Origin: Lepidodermella squamata
Lineage: Eukaryota; Animalia; Gastrotricha
DNA length: 64,000 nt
NCBI GenBank assembly: GCA_047495785.1
Contig: JBLDXI010000031.1
Coordinates: 1,488,001-1,552,000, forward strand
Reading direction: 5' to 3'
Below the pieces are notes generated by a model. It was given only the letters and a program-made list of their open reading frames with translations, searched no databases and was not told where the DNA came from. Shown in pieces: positions 12,842 to 24,554 of this stretch. A program made the translations under genes and the position numbers. Position 1 is the stretch's first letter, and each line of letters opens with the position of its first letter.

Positions 12842-13522
12842 ATGAAAAATGAATTAGTGCTGTTTTTCATAGCGGTGCTCGTCGAATCCATCGGTTCTAA
12901 ACCCACACTTTCGAACCACATAAATTGAAAATAATCTCTTTCAGATTGTCAAGAAAGTGGCCGGTACCACGATGGTATGGCGACGACAGGAGAAAAGTGC
13001 AACTACGTACATAGATCGGCTGAAATCTCATCAGGCCTCTATTTTCACTGCCGCGGAATGTACGAAGATGTCTACATGATCTTCAACTCTGAAGAAGGTC
13101 TATGCATGGAAATTCGGTTTGGCTGCGACCCAGCTGAGGATAGACGGCATTCGTTCGCCAGCTATGAGGAGTGTGCTTATCACTGCCTCCCTTTTGAGCC
13201 CACGGACCGTGTGCCGTACTCGAAATACAACGGCAATCAATTCGCTTTCCCATCTTATGCAATCCCTGGCAAGATACGCCGGGAGGATACGCTGCCCGAT
13301 ACGCAGAAATGTAACTATCGTGAACCTGAGCGTGCACCTATGACAGTATGCGCTCATATATATCCACGCGATTATATTGTTCACGATGAGCAAACGAAAC
13401 GATGTAAGCGGGTAGGTCATGGTTGCGATGCGACTGGCGCAAGAATGCATTCGTTTAAATCACTCCAGAAGTGCAATGAACACTGCGTTTTCTTCCAGCG
13501 GAATATGTACACTGATATTTAG
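12842..13522 (+). CDS. Secreted two-domain Kunitz-like protein (L3). Exons 12842..12893 and 12945..13522
   Basis: Signal peptide MKNELVLFFIAVLVESIDC across a 51-nt phase-1 intron. Two six-Cys modules. AATAAA at ~13536. Confidence 0.9.
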
Positions 13523-13567
13523 ACCCGAGATCCAATAATAAAGCGGACATAAAATTTACTGGATACT

Positions 13568-14223
13568 TTGAATAACAGAATATCTTCTAGCGGAACCGAG
13601 TTTACGGTGAGTGAAACCAAATGTTCTTTTTGCGGAACAGTGCGCGAAGTAGGATCCTCGAACCAGGAAGTATTTTCAGGCCAAAACTTGACCGAAGGCC
13701 AAAGGGTCCCCCTCTCCGGTCGTTTAGGTGATTTTGAACTTTGGCCTTGTGAACTGTGGGATACGATTCCCCAGTACTTTGCGCACTGCTGCGGAACCAG
13801 AGTCGAGATTCGAGATACACCAAGAGTCATTATTTCAATAATTCTATGAATTGTAGGCGAATCACGACTTCAGAATTGAACACTCTCTCAGAATGTTGCG
13901 CTGGATTTACTGGTGATTTTTCTAGAATTGTTGTGGACCTGCAAGAAATATCCGAAAGTGATTCTATTTGGTTCTGCTATAAGGAGGACCTTTCAAATAA
14001 TATTGAACACGAATTTTCAACGACTATTGAAAATAACGATGCGGATCATTGTGGAAAGTTGAATATGGACAAAAAATATTATGGATCGCACGACCATAAT
14101 GATTCATCCGGGAGTCATAGCAACGATGGATTGACCAATCAGTGCGCGCATTTGATTGGACTTTCAAGTGCTCACACAATGATCTATCTTATTTTTGTTT
14201 TAGTTCTACGGGTTGGTTTGTAA
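13568..14223 (+). CDS. Possible Cys-containing protein with C-terminal hydrophobic (GPI/TM-like) tail; exon structure unresolved
   Basis: Two overlapping ORFs each contain a CC motif. The second ends MIYLIFVLVLRVGL. No start or splice model closes cleanly. Confidence 0.3.
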
Positions 14224-14429
14224 TTGGTTAATCGATGTTCGATGTGTAGGTCAAATATTCCCTCTTTTGCCTCTTTGTTCTTCGTTTTAGTGACTCATGA
14301 TCGTAGCCGCATTGACCCATCAAGCTTGTTAATCATTCAGACCACGAATTCCGAGGAAACGTTGAGCCTGTTGTCTGCTGTCTCGCGTTTTGCATTTATT
14401 CCACATTTGAAATTTGAACCGCATTCCTA

Positions 14430-14847
14430 ATGGAATTCCAAGTTTTATTGGCACATATTTTATTGCTTTTAATTTCTTATTTTACGTACATTGGTAAGCC
14501 CTTGAAAAGTCCACTGTTGGATGGTACTGAGATTAATTGCCATAGATTGCTGCTGCACTACCTACCCTCCGCCGAGTCCGCCCCACAACCGAAAATGTGG
14601 TTATTGGCCAGGAGGAAGTGCTTGCATCCCTCATACTTGTGGCTACAATGATAACAAAGGATTTTACGTGCATTCGGCTGGCGCTCAGGGCTGCCGTCTT
14701 GTCAAGAACGGCTGCGATGAGGATGGCGCTTACAAAGCATCGTTCAGCTCGATTGAAGAATGCCGAGCGACCTGTGACGACAACGATGAGGATTATCGAC
14801 GTTACTCACGCTTCAACAATCGACCCTGGTTTGTGAAGAGCAAATAA
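14430..14847 (+). CDS. Secreted single-domain Kunitz-like protein with extra cysteines (L4). Exons 14430..14493 and 14546..14847
   Basis: Signal peptide, 52-nt phase-1 intron, then CCC, a Pro-rich spacer and KCGY..C..C..GC..GCD..SFSSIEECRATC. Confidence 0.88.
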
Positions 14848-15082
14848 TCTCATCTGCTGACTTCGTTCTTGTCGACAATTTTGCGAATCCGAACCCTTTC
14901 TTGTTCATTTAAAAATGGCCAGGTTTTAAACTGAATTGAACATTTTAATGTGAAAAATGGGGAAATCTAGGTTGCTGTTGAAGACATTAACTGGTTTGTA
15001 GGTTTGTAAACACACACGGGCTCGTAAAGTTAACAAAGCATTATATTAATTTCCTCATTCATAATGGTGGATAAGTATAAAC

Positions 15083-16599
15083 ATGCGTAGCTTCTTACAA
15101 TTCATCGTAACAGCTTGTTTATCAAGCCTAACACTAGGCTTATCCACCAAGGGTGGAACTTCGGAGCAAGAGCTGTTCTCAAAGGGGATGCAATTTAGGA
15201 ATGCAGGTCAATGGATTTTATCATACGACTACTTCGCTAAAGCCTGGCAACGATGGCACAAAAACAAAGAGCGGAATCTGCCTCATCAACTGACTGAGAT
15301 GGCAATCCTAGACGAGCTGCAGTTCTTAGCCTCAGAGCAGTTGGGCGATATTGAGAAAACGTTCAAATGGTGCACAATTATCAGTCAGCTGGAAGACAGC
15401 CTAAGTAGCCAGGAGACAGCTCTGCATAAGGAGGTGATAGATGCATGCAAGAGATATATAGGCATGGCGAAGATCACAAAATTTAAGAAAATTACCAAAA
15501 TGAACGCGACAGAACGAGAAGAAGCTGCTAGGAAAATGACCGAGCTCGAGGATTACAAGCTTTGCACTAAGAAACGGGGTCCATCAAGCCGGAAACTATT
15601 CTGCCGCGTTAGCGATCGCGATCGCCACCCTTTGCTGATTCTTAGTCCTCTTAGGGAAGAAATTCTGAGCCTTGACCCCGTTGTCGTTTTGTTTCACGAC
15701 ATCGCAACAGCTGCAGAAGTTGAAACACTGAAGAAAGAGGCTAAATCTAAGTTCAAAGAAGCTTCAGCAAGCAGCGATATGAACAGCGGGCTATTACGGG
15801 CTCAAGACGTTGCTTGGATTAAAAGCGAACGGATGCCGGCTCTGTCGTCTCGAATCGAAGCCTACACAGGTCTTAACACGCAGACACACGGTAGGTCGAA
15901 CGACTATAGTATGAGGGCTCGATTTTTTACTTCGTCAATTTTGTACTGGAAGGTTGTGAGATGTTCCAAATCGGGCATTATGGAATCGGCGGTCGTAAGT
16001 TTTTTCTTGTTAATAATTCCGAGGATCAAATATCAAGGCTAAGAAGTCTCTTTAAAGCCAACGCGAACGACCGTTCTTAAAATATTGCTCTCAAATGAAG
16101 CATTTCTCTTTTCAAGACTACGTCGGTCATTGGGATAATTTCAATTCATTCCGCGAGCTGGACCCAATCGGAGACCGCATAGCGACGGTGCTCATCTACC
16201 TGAATGACGTCGAGGAAGGCGGTGAAACAATTTTTCCTCTTCTTGGCTTACGCGTCGAGCCTGTCAATGGCGCAGCTCTAATGTGGTACAACTGTAATCG
16301 GAATGAAACTTCGGATGAACGCATGAGACACGCGGCTTGCCCGGTTATTCGAGGCGAAAAATGGGTATTTTATTAAGATTGGCTTTCATCTATTATAATA
16401 TCAAATGTTATTGAACCTATGCACTTTTTAGGTTGTGAATAAATGGTTCAGTTGGCGTGGCCAATTGCTACACAAGCTACATGGATTGGATCAAAATCAA
16501 CCATTCACAATTGATGACTTTAATCTCACTCCGGCAGCGAGAATGACGAAGTATACCAAAGACTTGTTTTTCGCTCCTGAAACTAAAAGAGACATGTAG
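15083..16599 (+). CDS. Prolyl 4-hydroxylase alpha subunit-like, copy 1. Exons 15083..15890, 15953..15994, 16117..16364, 16432..16599
   Basis: Signal peptide, PLREEILSLDPVVVLFHD, YGIGGHYVGHWD (HxD), DRIATVLIYLNDVEEGGETIFP, HAACPVIRGEKWVVNKW. All introns are GT-AG and in frame. Confidence 0.93.
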
Positions 16600-16885
16600 A
16601 TCAGTTATTTCTTAATAAAAATGGCGAAAGAGATTTAGATGTTTTGGAGTATAAGAGTAGAACTTTGAGTGGAAAAATCAAAACTATATGAAGCTATATG
16701 CTATCAAGACTATATGAAGCTGGTCTAAAATTCGGGTAATTTCAGTAATGGCATTTGCTCATTTTGCTCATTTAGAGCCTATTTACAATTTTACGGCATG
16801 CATTTTGCTGTCAACAAACCCAGTATTAAGCAGCACTTCGACGGAGACCCTCATTGATACATGCTATAGACCGCATACAACAAGT

Positions 16886-18261
16886 ATGCTAAGCCACACT
16901 CTTCTCATCTTAACAACCGGCTTGTTGAGCTCGGCTTTGGGCTCATCTGCCAAGGATGGCATTTCGGAACATGAGCTGTTTTCAAAGGGAATTCAGATGA
17001 CAAAACAGCGTCGATGGCTAGAGTCTTATGATTACTTTACGAGAGCTTGGCAGAAATGGCAGAAAAATGAAGACCTAGATGTGGCTCATCAATTGCCTGA
17101 AATCGAAATCCTCGACAAATTGCAATACGTGGCCTCGGAGCAATTGGATGACCGTGGGAAAACTATGAAGTGGTGTAAAATCATTGTTGATATCGAGGAT
17201 GGCCTGAGTGAGGAAGACGCTGATAAACACGGAGAGGTCCTCGAAGCATGTCGGAGGTATGTTGGCATCGAGAAGATTACAAAATCCGGGACTATCACCA
17301 AAATGGCCGAGAAGGAGCGGGAAAAAGCTGCGAGGGAGATGATGGACCTCGAGGATTATCACCTATGCAAGACGAAACCATACCCGAAATCGAGGGACCT
17401 ATTTTGTCGAATAAGCCATCGAAATCGGCTGATACTCAGCCCTGTGAAGGAGGAAATTCTGAGTCGTGACCCTGTTGTTGTGTTATTTCATGATCTCATT
17501 ACTTCACGCGAAATCGGGGTGTTAAAGGATTCGGCCAAATCGAAATTGACCGAGGCCAGTGTGGATATTGAAATGGATAAAGGGCTTCTACGAATTCAGA
17601 ATGTTGCCTGGGTGAAAAGTGATCTCATGCCGGCTCTCTCGGCTCGAATTCGATCCTACACAGGTCTCAACACTGATAACGACGGTGAAGCAATATATTT
17701 TAATTTCGAAGCTATCGTTGTTGATGCTTTCGTATGAACAGGTAGCGAGATGTATCAGGTTGGGCACTATAACGTTGGAGGGCGTAAGCTTTGAGAAACC
17801 ATCGAGGGCACCATCGATTTCTCCTTTTTCAGACTATGTCGGCCATTGGGATTACTTCAATTCATTCCACGAGCTGGACCTGTTTGGAGACCGCATGGCG
17901 ACCGTCCTAATCTACATGAACGATGTCGAAGAGGGTGGTGGAACAATTTTTCCGCTTTTAGATTTACATGTCCGTCCTCAAAAAGGCGCGGCTTTGGTGT
18001 GGTACAACTACCATCGCAATGAAACTGCCGATGAGCGAACGAAACACGCAGCTTGTCCAGTGATTCGCGGCGAGAAATGGGTATTGAAAGACATTTTCAA
18101 TTACGAATTAGACAATGATTTTGTGCTTCAAGGTCGTTAATAAGTGGTTCAGATGGCGTGGCCAGCTATTGCATAAGCAACACGGGCTGAAGCAAAAGCA
18201 TAAATTCACTATCAATGACTTCGAACTTATCTCAGCAGCGAAAAAAGCGAAACGTCAATAA
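16886..18261 (+). CDS. Prolyl 4-hydroxylase alpha subunit-like, copy 2. Exons 16886..17684, 17742..17783, 17833..18080, 18133..18261
   Basis: Tandem paralog with the same intron positions and intact HxD...H...K motifs. Confidence 0.93.
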
Positions 18262-18427
18262 GAGATAAATCTGAATTTTAGAAATCGTCGAAAATGCCGA
18301 TATTCGGCATGAAAAATCGCATCATCTACTATTTTTTGAATATCCATGATATTTAAATAAATAAAAATAAAAACATTTCTAACGATAAATATTTATTCAC
18401 GTCCGTATAAATCGCGTTTCATTTTGG

Positions 18428-19806
18428 TTAGCCTAACAATGGATACAAACAAGATTGTTGGCAATCTTCTCTTGAACGGAAAGCGAAAGGCGCCAAATTT
18501 TCACTTCGACATCCAGTACTCCGGACGATGCATCGCATGAGTCGAGCCTCAAAGACAATGTAGGGGCCAATGTTGTCGCGACATGTCTGACGCGGCATCC
18601 GGTAACGGCATCGATTATCGGTTGACATATCGACTGGCATCGGAGAAGCCTGGGTTACCGGCAAGTTTGAACCACCACACCTGCCCTGGCACTCCTGCAT
18701 TGACGAAAACGCGTATTTTCGAATTTCAGTTGCGCTACAGCCGCTCGATTCAGTTTTGCACTGCCTGGTTTTCGAGTCGAAAACAATGTGATCGCCAATG
18801 TACATCGCGCAGGTGATCTCAGGCGAACTATACGAGCACTTATCAACATCTGGAGCCTGAGTGACCGCGCCACACCTAGCCTGGCACTCTTGCATCGATG
18901 GAAACGCGTATTTTCTAATTTCATTCGCGTTACAGCCGCTTGATTGAGTCGAACATTGCCGGGTAGCTGAGTCGAAAACGATGTTCTCGCCAATATACAT
19001 CATACAAGTCATTTGCGGCTTGGTGTACGAGCATTTGTCGACGAAACCTGGATTAGATGGAGCTTGAGTTGTGAAGCTCACATCAGAGCGTTGAGTAACA
19101 GGTGCAGATCGACATGTTTGCTCGCACTCTTGTTGGCTCGAGAAGGCATACTGGCGAATGTATTCTGCGCTGCAACCACTAGATTGGGTCGTGCATTGCC
19201 GCGTCTTTGAGTTGTAGACAACATTTTCGCCGATATACATTGCGCAAGTGACCTCAGGCATTTCATAACTGCATTTGTTCACTGAAAATATATAACTTCA
19301 TCAGTCTTTTCAATTTTGATTAATAATGGTTTATAGAGTTGCCGTGGAATAAGGCTGGAAAACAGTTTTAGACGACAGCTGATATGCTGATATGCCGTAT
19401 TAATTCCCACAGAGATGAAATGATTCCGACGGTAAAATTATGGACGTTTTGTATGTGATATAATTCATTCGGATTCGTCAAATCGCCGGCGAATTTAGAT
19501 GATTATTTCAAATCTACAAAAAGGCGAACCTTGATTATTTTGCCGCTGTCCATTTGATTCACATGCAGCTTGACACTCAGGCATGGAATTGAACGAAACC
19601 GCTCGAACGGAATCGGCATTGCAGCCGCCGCTTTGAATCGTACATTTTCCTTGATTCGCATCGTACACGATATTCTCGCCAATGTACATCATGCATAGAA
19701 CGCTCGGGATTCGATAGTTGCATTTCGGATTTTGGCATTGAGCCAAATTAGCAAAAACCGCAAGTGTTACTACCAGAAAAGTCGCGGGATAGTTTTCGGA
19801 GTACAT
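18428..19806 (-). CDS. Secreted multi-Kunitz-like protein K1 (5 domains). Exons 19806..19530 and 19281..18428
   Basis: Exon 1 is signal peptide plus one domain. Phase-1 intron, then four C-x8-C-x16-C-x6-C-x15-C-x3-C modules. Ends YPLLG*. Confidence 0.93.
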
Positions 19807-19859
19807 TTCACTATGCTCGAAAGATTGAAGCTGAATGAAGTAATAAAGAGCTCTGCAGG

Positions 19860-20185
19860 CTGCGCTTTATATTTACTCCGAACCCGGCGATTAATCATCA
19901 GAACGTCAGACATCACATTTGAGGCGTGTTGTTCCCGGCCGCAATAACAGCATGTTTGATGCATTTCAGTTTTTTCATAGATTACGTGAACAGATAAGCT
20001 AGATAATCTGATTTGTTCATCTTCCGCACGTATGCTCGAAGCGTTTTTTCTGGTCAAAAGTAATTGCTCACGTGCACTTCGCAGTCACGCCATTTGACAC
20101 ACCGAAAGTAAACAAGCACGAACAATTCGTCTTTTATTGTATCAAAATTTTCATGATGAGGCTGTGAAATTTGACAATCCCAGAC
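19860..20185 (-). promoter_or_regulatory. Conserved upstream cassette of the K genes (TATA plus forkhead-like sites); representative copy
   Basis: TATA box ~60 nt upstream of the ATG. Blocks GAGGCGTG.TGTT, GTCACGCCA and GTAAACAAGCACGAACAA recur, with variants, upstream of K1-K8. Confidence 0.65.
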
Positions 20186-20474
20186 TGAAAAGCTTTTCAA
20201 CATCACGGTTCAAGATCAAGCTAGGTTAGCTCAGCCTTCCTCCAATTTCTTTGTCGAATTTCTAGTTTTCATCGGCCAACTTATTGGTGAAGTCATTTGA
20301 GGATCGAACTTGGGCTGCCTCTCAGGGAAGGCTTCTTAAGCCTTAAGACAAGACTTTTTTTAACCATGTATAGTTGCATTGAATAGATAACAAAACTATA
20401 ACAAATGGGTTATTTCATTAAATCATTAATGTGAAAGAGGAAATTCAGAGTCGTGACTCGGTTGAAAATTACTA

Positions 20475-20596
20475 CTTTTCGCTGTTGAATTCACAAGTCC
20501 GTACTCAGAAACGCGCACCTTTGATGTTGTACAATTACCATCGCAATGAAACTGCCGATGAGCGAACGAAGCATGCCGCGTGTCCAGTTATTGGTT
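20475..20596 (+). pseudogene. P4H exon-3 fragment
   Basis: TACAATTACCATCGCAATGAAACTGCCGATGAGCGAACGAAGCATGCCGCGTGTCCAGT is near-identical to 18003-18061. Confidence 0.9.
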
Positions 20597-20999
20597 AACG
20601 GTTAATGGCTACAAAGCAGTTCAGCGGCCGCTCGCATGATTGTCCTCTCGACGATGTGGAAAGCGAACTGAAAAACCAAAAGGTCTCAAAGTAACACTTA
20701 CATTTATTCGGTAAAAATGCATTGGCTCTAGCAATAGTAAAAGAATAATTTTTGCCGATAATAAAGGAATGCTTAGTCAAAACAATTTTCAATCTTTAGT
20801 AATAAATATTGGTGCAAATAGGAAAATGATGACATGAAAAATGAATTCATACACGAGAAAGAATTCACCCTTATTAGGATGCAAAATACTAACTGAATTA
20901 AGGTGATAATGCCCCTTAATTAGGGTGAATTTTTTTCTGGCGTAGCGGGGAAATACAGATCGTTTGTAGGCATGATTTAGCAATGTAGTCCGTTTTAGT

Positions 21000-22775
21000 C
21001 TAGCCCATGAGTGGATAGACGCAAGCTTGCTGACAGGCCTCTTGTGAACGGAAAGCATAAGGTGTCAAATTCTCATTCTGGCATCCGACACTTCGAAGAA
21101 TACATTGCCGGAGCCGCGCCTCAAAAACAATGTACGGTCCGATGTTGTCGCTACACGTCTGAGGCGGCATTCTATAGGTGCAAGGATTAACCGGAACGAC
21201 CGCTAGAACTGGAGCTTGACTGACTCGCCAACTGGCACCACCACATCTAGCCTGGCACTCTTGCATCGATGAAAACGCGTACTTTCTAACTTCATTCGCG
21301 TTGCAGCCGTATGATTGAGTCAAACATTGCCGGAGTGCAGAGTTGTAAACGATGTTCTCGCCGATGTACAGCTTACAAATGTATTCCGACTTGGTGTACG
21401 AGCATTTATCGATGTAAACCGGATTTGACTGGACAGGGATTGTGAATGCATCATCAAAGCGTTGCATGGGAGGTGCAAAATTTCCACGGCATGTTTGCTC
21501 GCACTCTTGTTGGGACGAGAAGGCATACTGGCGAACATATTCCGCGCTACAACCGCTAGATTGGGTCGTACACTGCCTTGTCTTCGAGTCGTAGACAATA
21601 TTTCCGTCGATGAACATTGCGCACGTTACCTCGGGAACTTCATAGCTGCATTTGCTCACTGAAAATAGATAGCTTTATCAGTCTTCTCGAATTAAGGCGA
21701 AAGAAATAGCGTAGCATTCATTCTTTTCATAATTCATAGCCGCGGAGTGAGGTAAATGGGCCGTAATACAGCTTTTTGACGATAGCTACGGACGATAGTT
21801 ACGACGAAAGATTAAAGGAATTCAAATTCTAAAACTACGTCATCATCATCATCATCATCGCCTTCTCCTGGGGTTAAAAAACCGAGCATTTGCCAATCTA
21901 TTTAGAATAGACTAAATCTATTCATAGGGAAACGTTGGTAGCGACATGTGACATGTGTGTGAGTTGAGAAGGGTTCGAAATAATAGAGGTCGGGCCTCAA
22001 ATAAAGGGCGGTCTCTCAGATATAAGACAGTTTCGACTTGATCGAAGAAAATAAAGGACGGGCCGAACATTAAAGATTAAATGCCATTTAACGTCCAAAC
22101 TTCCCAATTTTCAATATTTCGAAAGATAAATTAGGGTGATATTTTCTCTGGTGTTCCATTGAAACCGCGCGTTTTCCATCGGTTTCCACGGCCAGCCACT
22201 GATGTCCATGGCTTTTCATTAATGATATTTTCTATGAACAATACGTCCAACATCTAATTCTAATCGAAGTCGGAAAAGTGTAGGCTTTCTTGTGTCATAT
22301 GAAGCTGACAAGGAGAGCAAAGAATAGGAGAGGTTACTAATTCCACCAAGTTACCAGATTTAGCTCAAATTTTCAATGCATGTTATTACATGTTGCTGTC
22401 AATAAAAATCTATTTTTGATGTAACATGGTGAGGAAGTGACATTTCTGCCCAAGGCTGACAATATCATGGAACTATGAAAATTTGGAAAAAGTTGCACCT
22501 TGATTAATTTGATGCCGTCCAGTTGATCCACATGCAGCTTGACACTCAGCCATGGAATTGAATGAAAGAACTCGAACGGAATCGGAAATACAGCCGCCGC
22601 TTTGAATCGTACATTTGCCTCGATTCGCATCGTAGAGGATACACTCGCCGATGTACATAGCACTTAGATCATTCGGGATGCGATAGTTGCATTTCGGATT
22701 ATGGCAATGTGTTAAATTTGCGAATATCGCAGAAGTAACAACGAAAACTACGGCAAAAATTGTATCGGGATGCAT
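21000..22775 (-). CDS. Secreted multi-Kunitz-like protein K2 (4 domains). Exons 22775..22499 and 21658..21000
   Basis: Same architecture as K1. Domain 1 has Cys2->Ser and a new Cys (LSAMYIGECILY). Ends YPLMG*. Confidence 0.88.
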
Positions 22776-24554
22776 TTCACTGTGCCCGTGACTGGAAGGT
22801 GGAGCTTTATTTATGTACGCTTATAACATATAATTAAATTTTAGGCGTGCTGTTTACTTCGGCAATAAAAAACTGTTTCAAACACTTTAATGTATTTTAA
22901 ATAAGCAGATGTGCCTAACGTTCTGGTTTATCTTCTTAAAGGCGTATGAGGTTTGCTCGGCTATTGTCTGTGAGCGGGTTTTTGTAGCATTTTTTCTGGT
23001 TAATACCAACTGCTTATGTTCATTGTCGCCGTCACGCCACTCGAGACGTCGGAGGCAGGCAAGCACGAAAAAGGCATTGTATCAATATTTTGATGATGAG
23101 GCTGTGAATTTTGAAAATTAGTAGCTGAGCTTTCAATCGAGGGAAACAGTGCTTTTGATCCCGCGATAAAGAATTACATTGAAGCTTTTTCTCATCGGAT
23201 GTTTGTTTAGTTTGGATTGGCACCAAATGAAGAAAAGGCAGCAAGAAGGCATGAGACATGAACGAGGTAGGAGAAAAGTCTCTAAAGCGCAGCTATCACT
23301 TACTTATTGAGCTACGGGCTCCCCTTCGCTCGCTTTGGGGATTCTACATTCTACTGATCTACCGAGTTGATGCTACTGTGCTTCTTTCTTGTTCTTCCCA
23401 CGGAGAAGCTGTCAGTAGTGAAAACACCAAACCCTCGATCAGTAGCGATTAACTATCAGTTATTCATTCGGTATTTAGTTGATGAGCATTGATTCTATTG
23501 TTGAGAATTCGACTCGGGAACTGACATGCTACTTGCTGCCGGCTGCCCGCGTGAGATCAGTTTCTCAGCCACTCCAAGCCATGAGACGTAGCTAGGACTC
23601 CGCAGCTGGGTTGTTTACGACAAAAAGTGTTGTCAGAAATAATTAGGGTGAAAGGTCACTTTTTGAAAATAATGAGATGAATCATCTCATTAAATTTCGC
23701 GCGGATCGTCATAGCAACGTCATAGCTACGTCTCATGCTCCAAGCGAGATGACAGGTCCGAAAAACCTGACCCGACCCAGCCCATATACCCAACCGGCGA
23801 CCTGAGCGAAACCCAAGGGTAACTCACCTATGCCGGTAGAAAGCCGGTTGATCGACGTCGGTTGATCGGGTTTTACAATAATATGTGGATTATTTGGATT
23901 GTGTTCAATTGAAACCATAACAGCAGATTCTAACACATTTTTCCTTGCAACAATCCTCCATCTTCTAAAAATATAGAATTGTCCCCAGAAATATAGCTTT
24001 GATTGTTGAAGTTTTGATAATATCTTTGTTGATAGTTCTGGTTCTGTTGATAGTCGAGTAGCTTTGACAATTCGATATTTTACGGTATAACATTCGTAAA
24101 TCGTTCATATCTGAACTCGCCGCACTCGATTTACTCATCGCAACTCGCCTCCGACTCGTAAATCTCGGCTCCGTACAGATATAAACGTTTTACTCATGTT
24201 ATATCATAAAAACATACCTAATCAAGTTTTATCCATATGTGAACTTCAACTGAAGGCATCTTAAATTTGGTCTGAAATGCCGCTCGCTTGATCTTCCGCG
24301 GTCGAGGCCTTCGCATAGGATAAGAAACACTAAAGGGTAGTTGAAGGATTTGTTTATTCAGGAAAAATGTCTTGAACTAAAAGCTAGCTCCAGCAGTAAA
24401 AAATAGATTCATGTTCTTCAAAAATCAAATAATAATCAGTCGGAAGCATTCTCCTTTGGTAATTAAAAGTGGCATTAGTAAAAAGAATGGCATGAAACTC
24501 AAAGCGCGGAAAAACAGATCGTTCGCATGATTTAGCCACCTACGAAGTTTTAGC

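Noticed and set aside
16748-16885. Upstream in-frame ATG for P4H copy 2 (likewise 26092 for K3)
   Set aside because: Paralog alignment and signal peptide position favour ATG 16886 and ATG 26011; the K3 extension would span its TATA box.
213-19266. Many antisense or alternate-frame ORFs overlapping the ankyrin, kinase, P4H and K genes
   Set aside because: Shadow ORFs of real coding regions with no motifs of their own.
21840-21859. (CAT)n microsatellite; also a poly-G run at ~34543
   Set aside because: Ordinary simple repeats.
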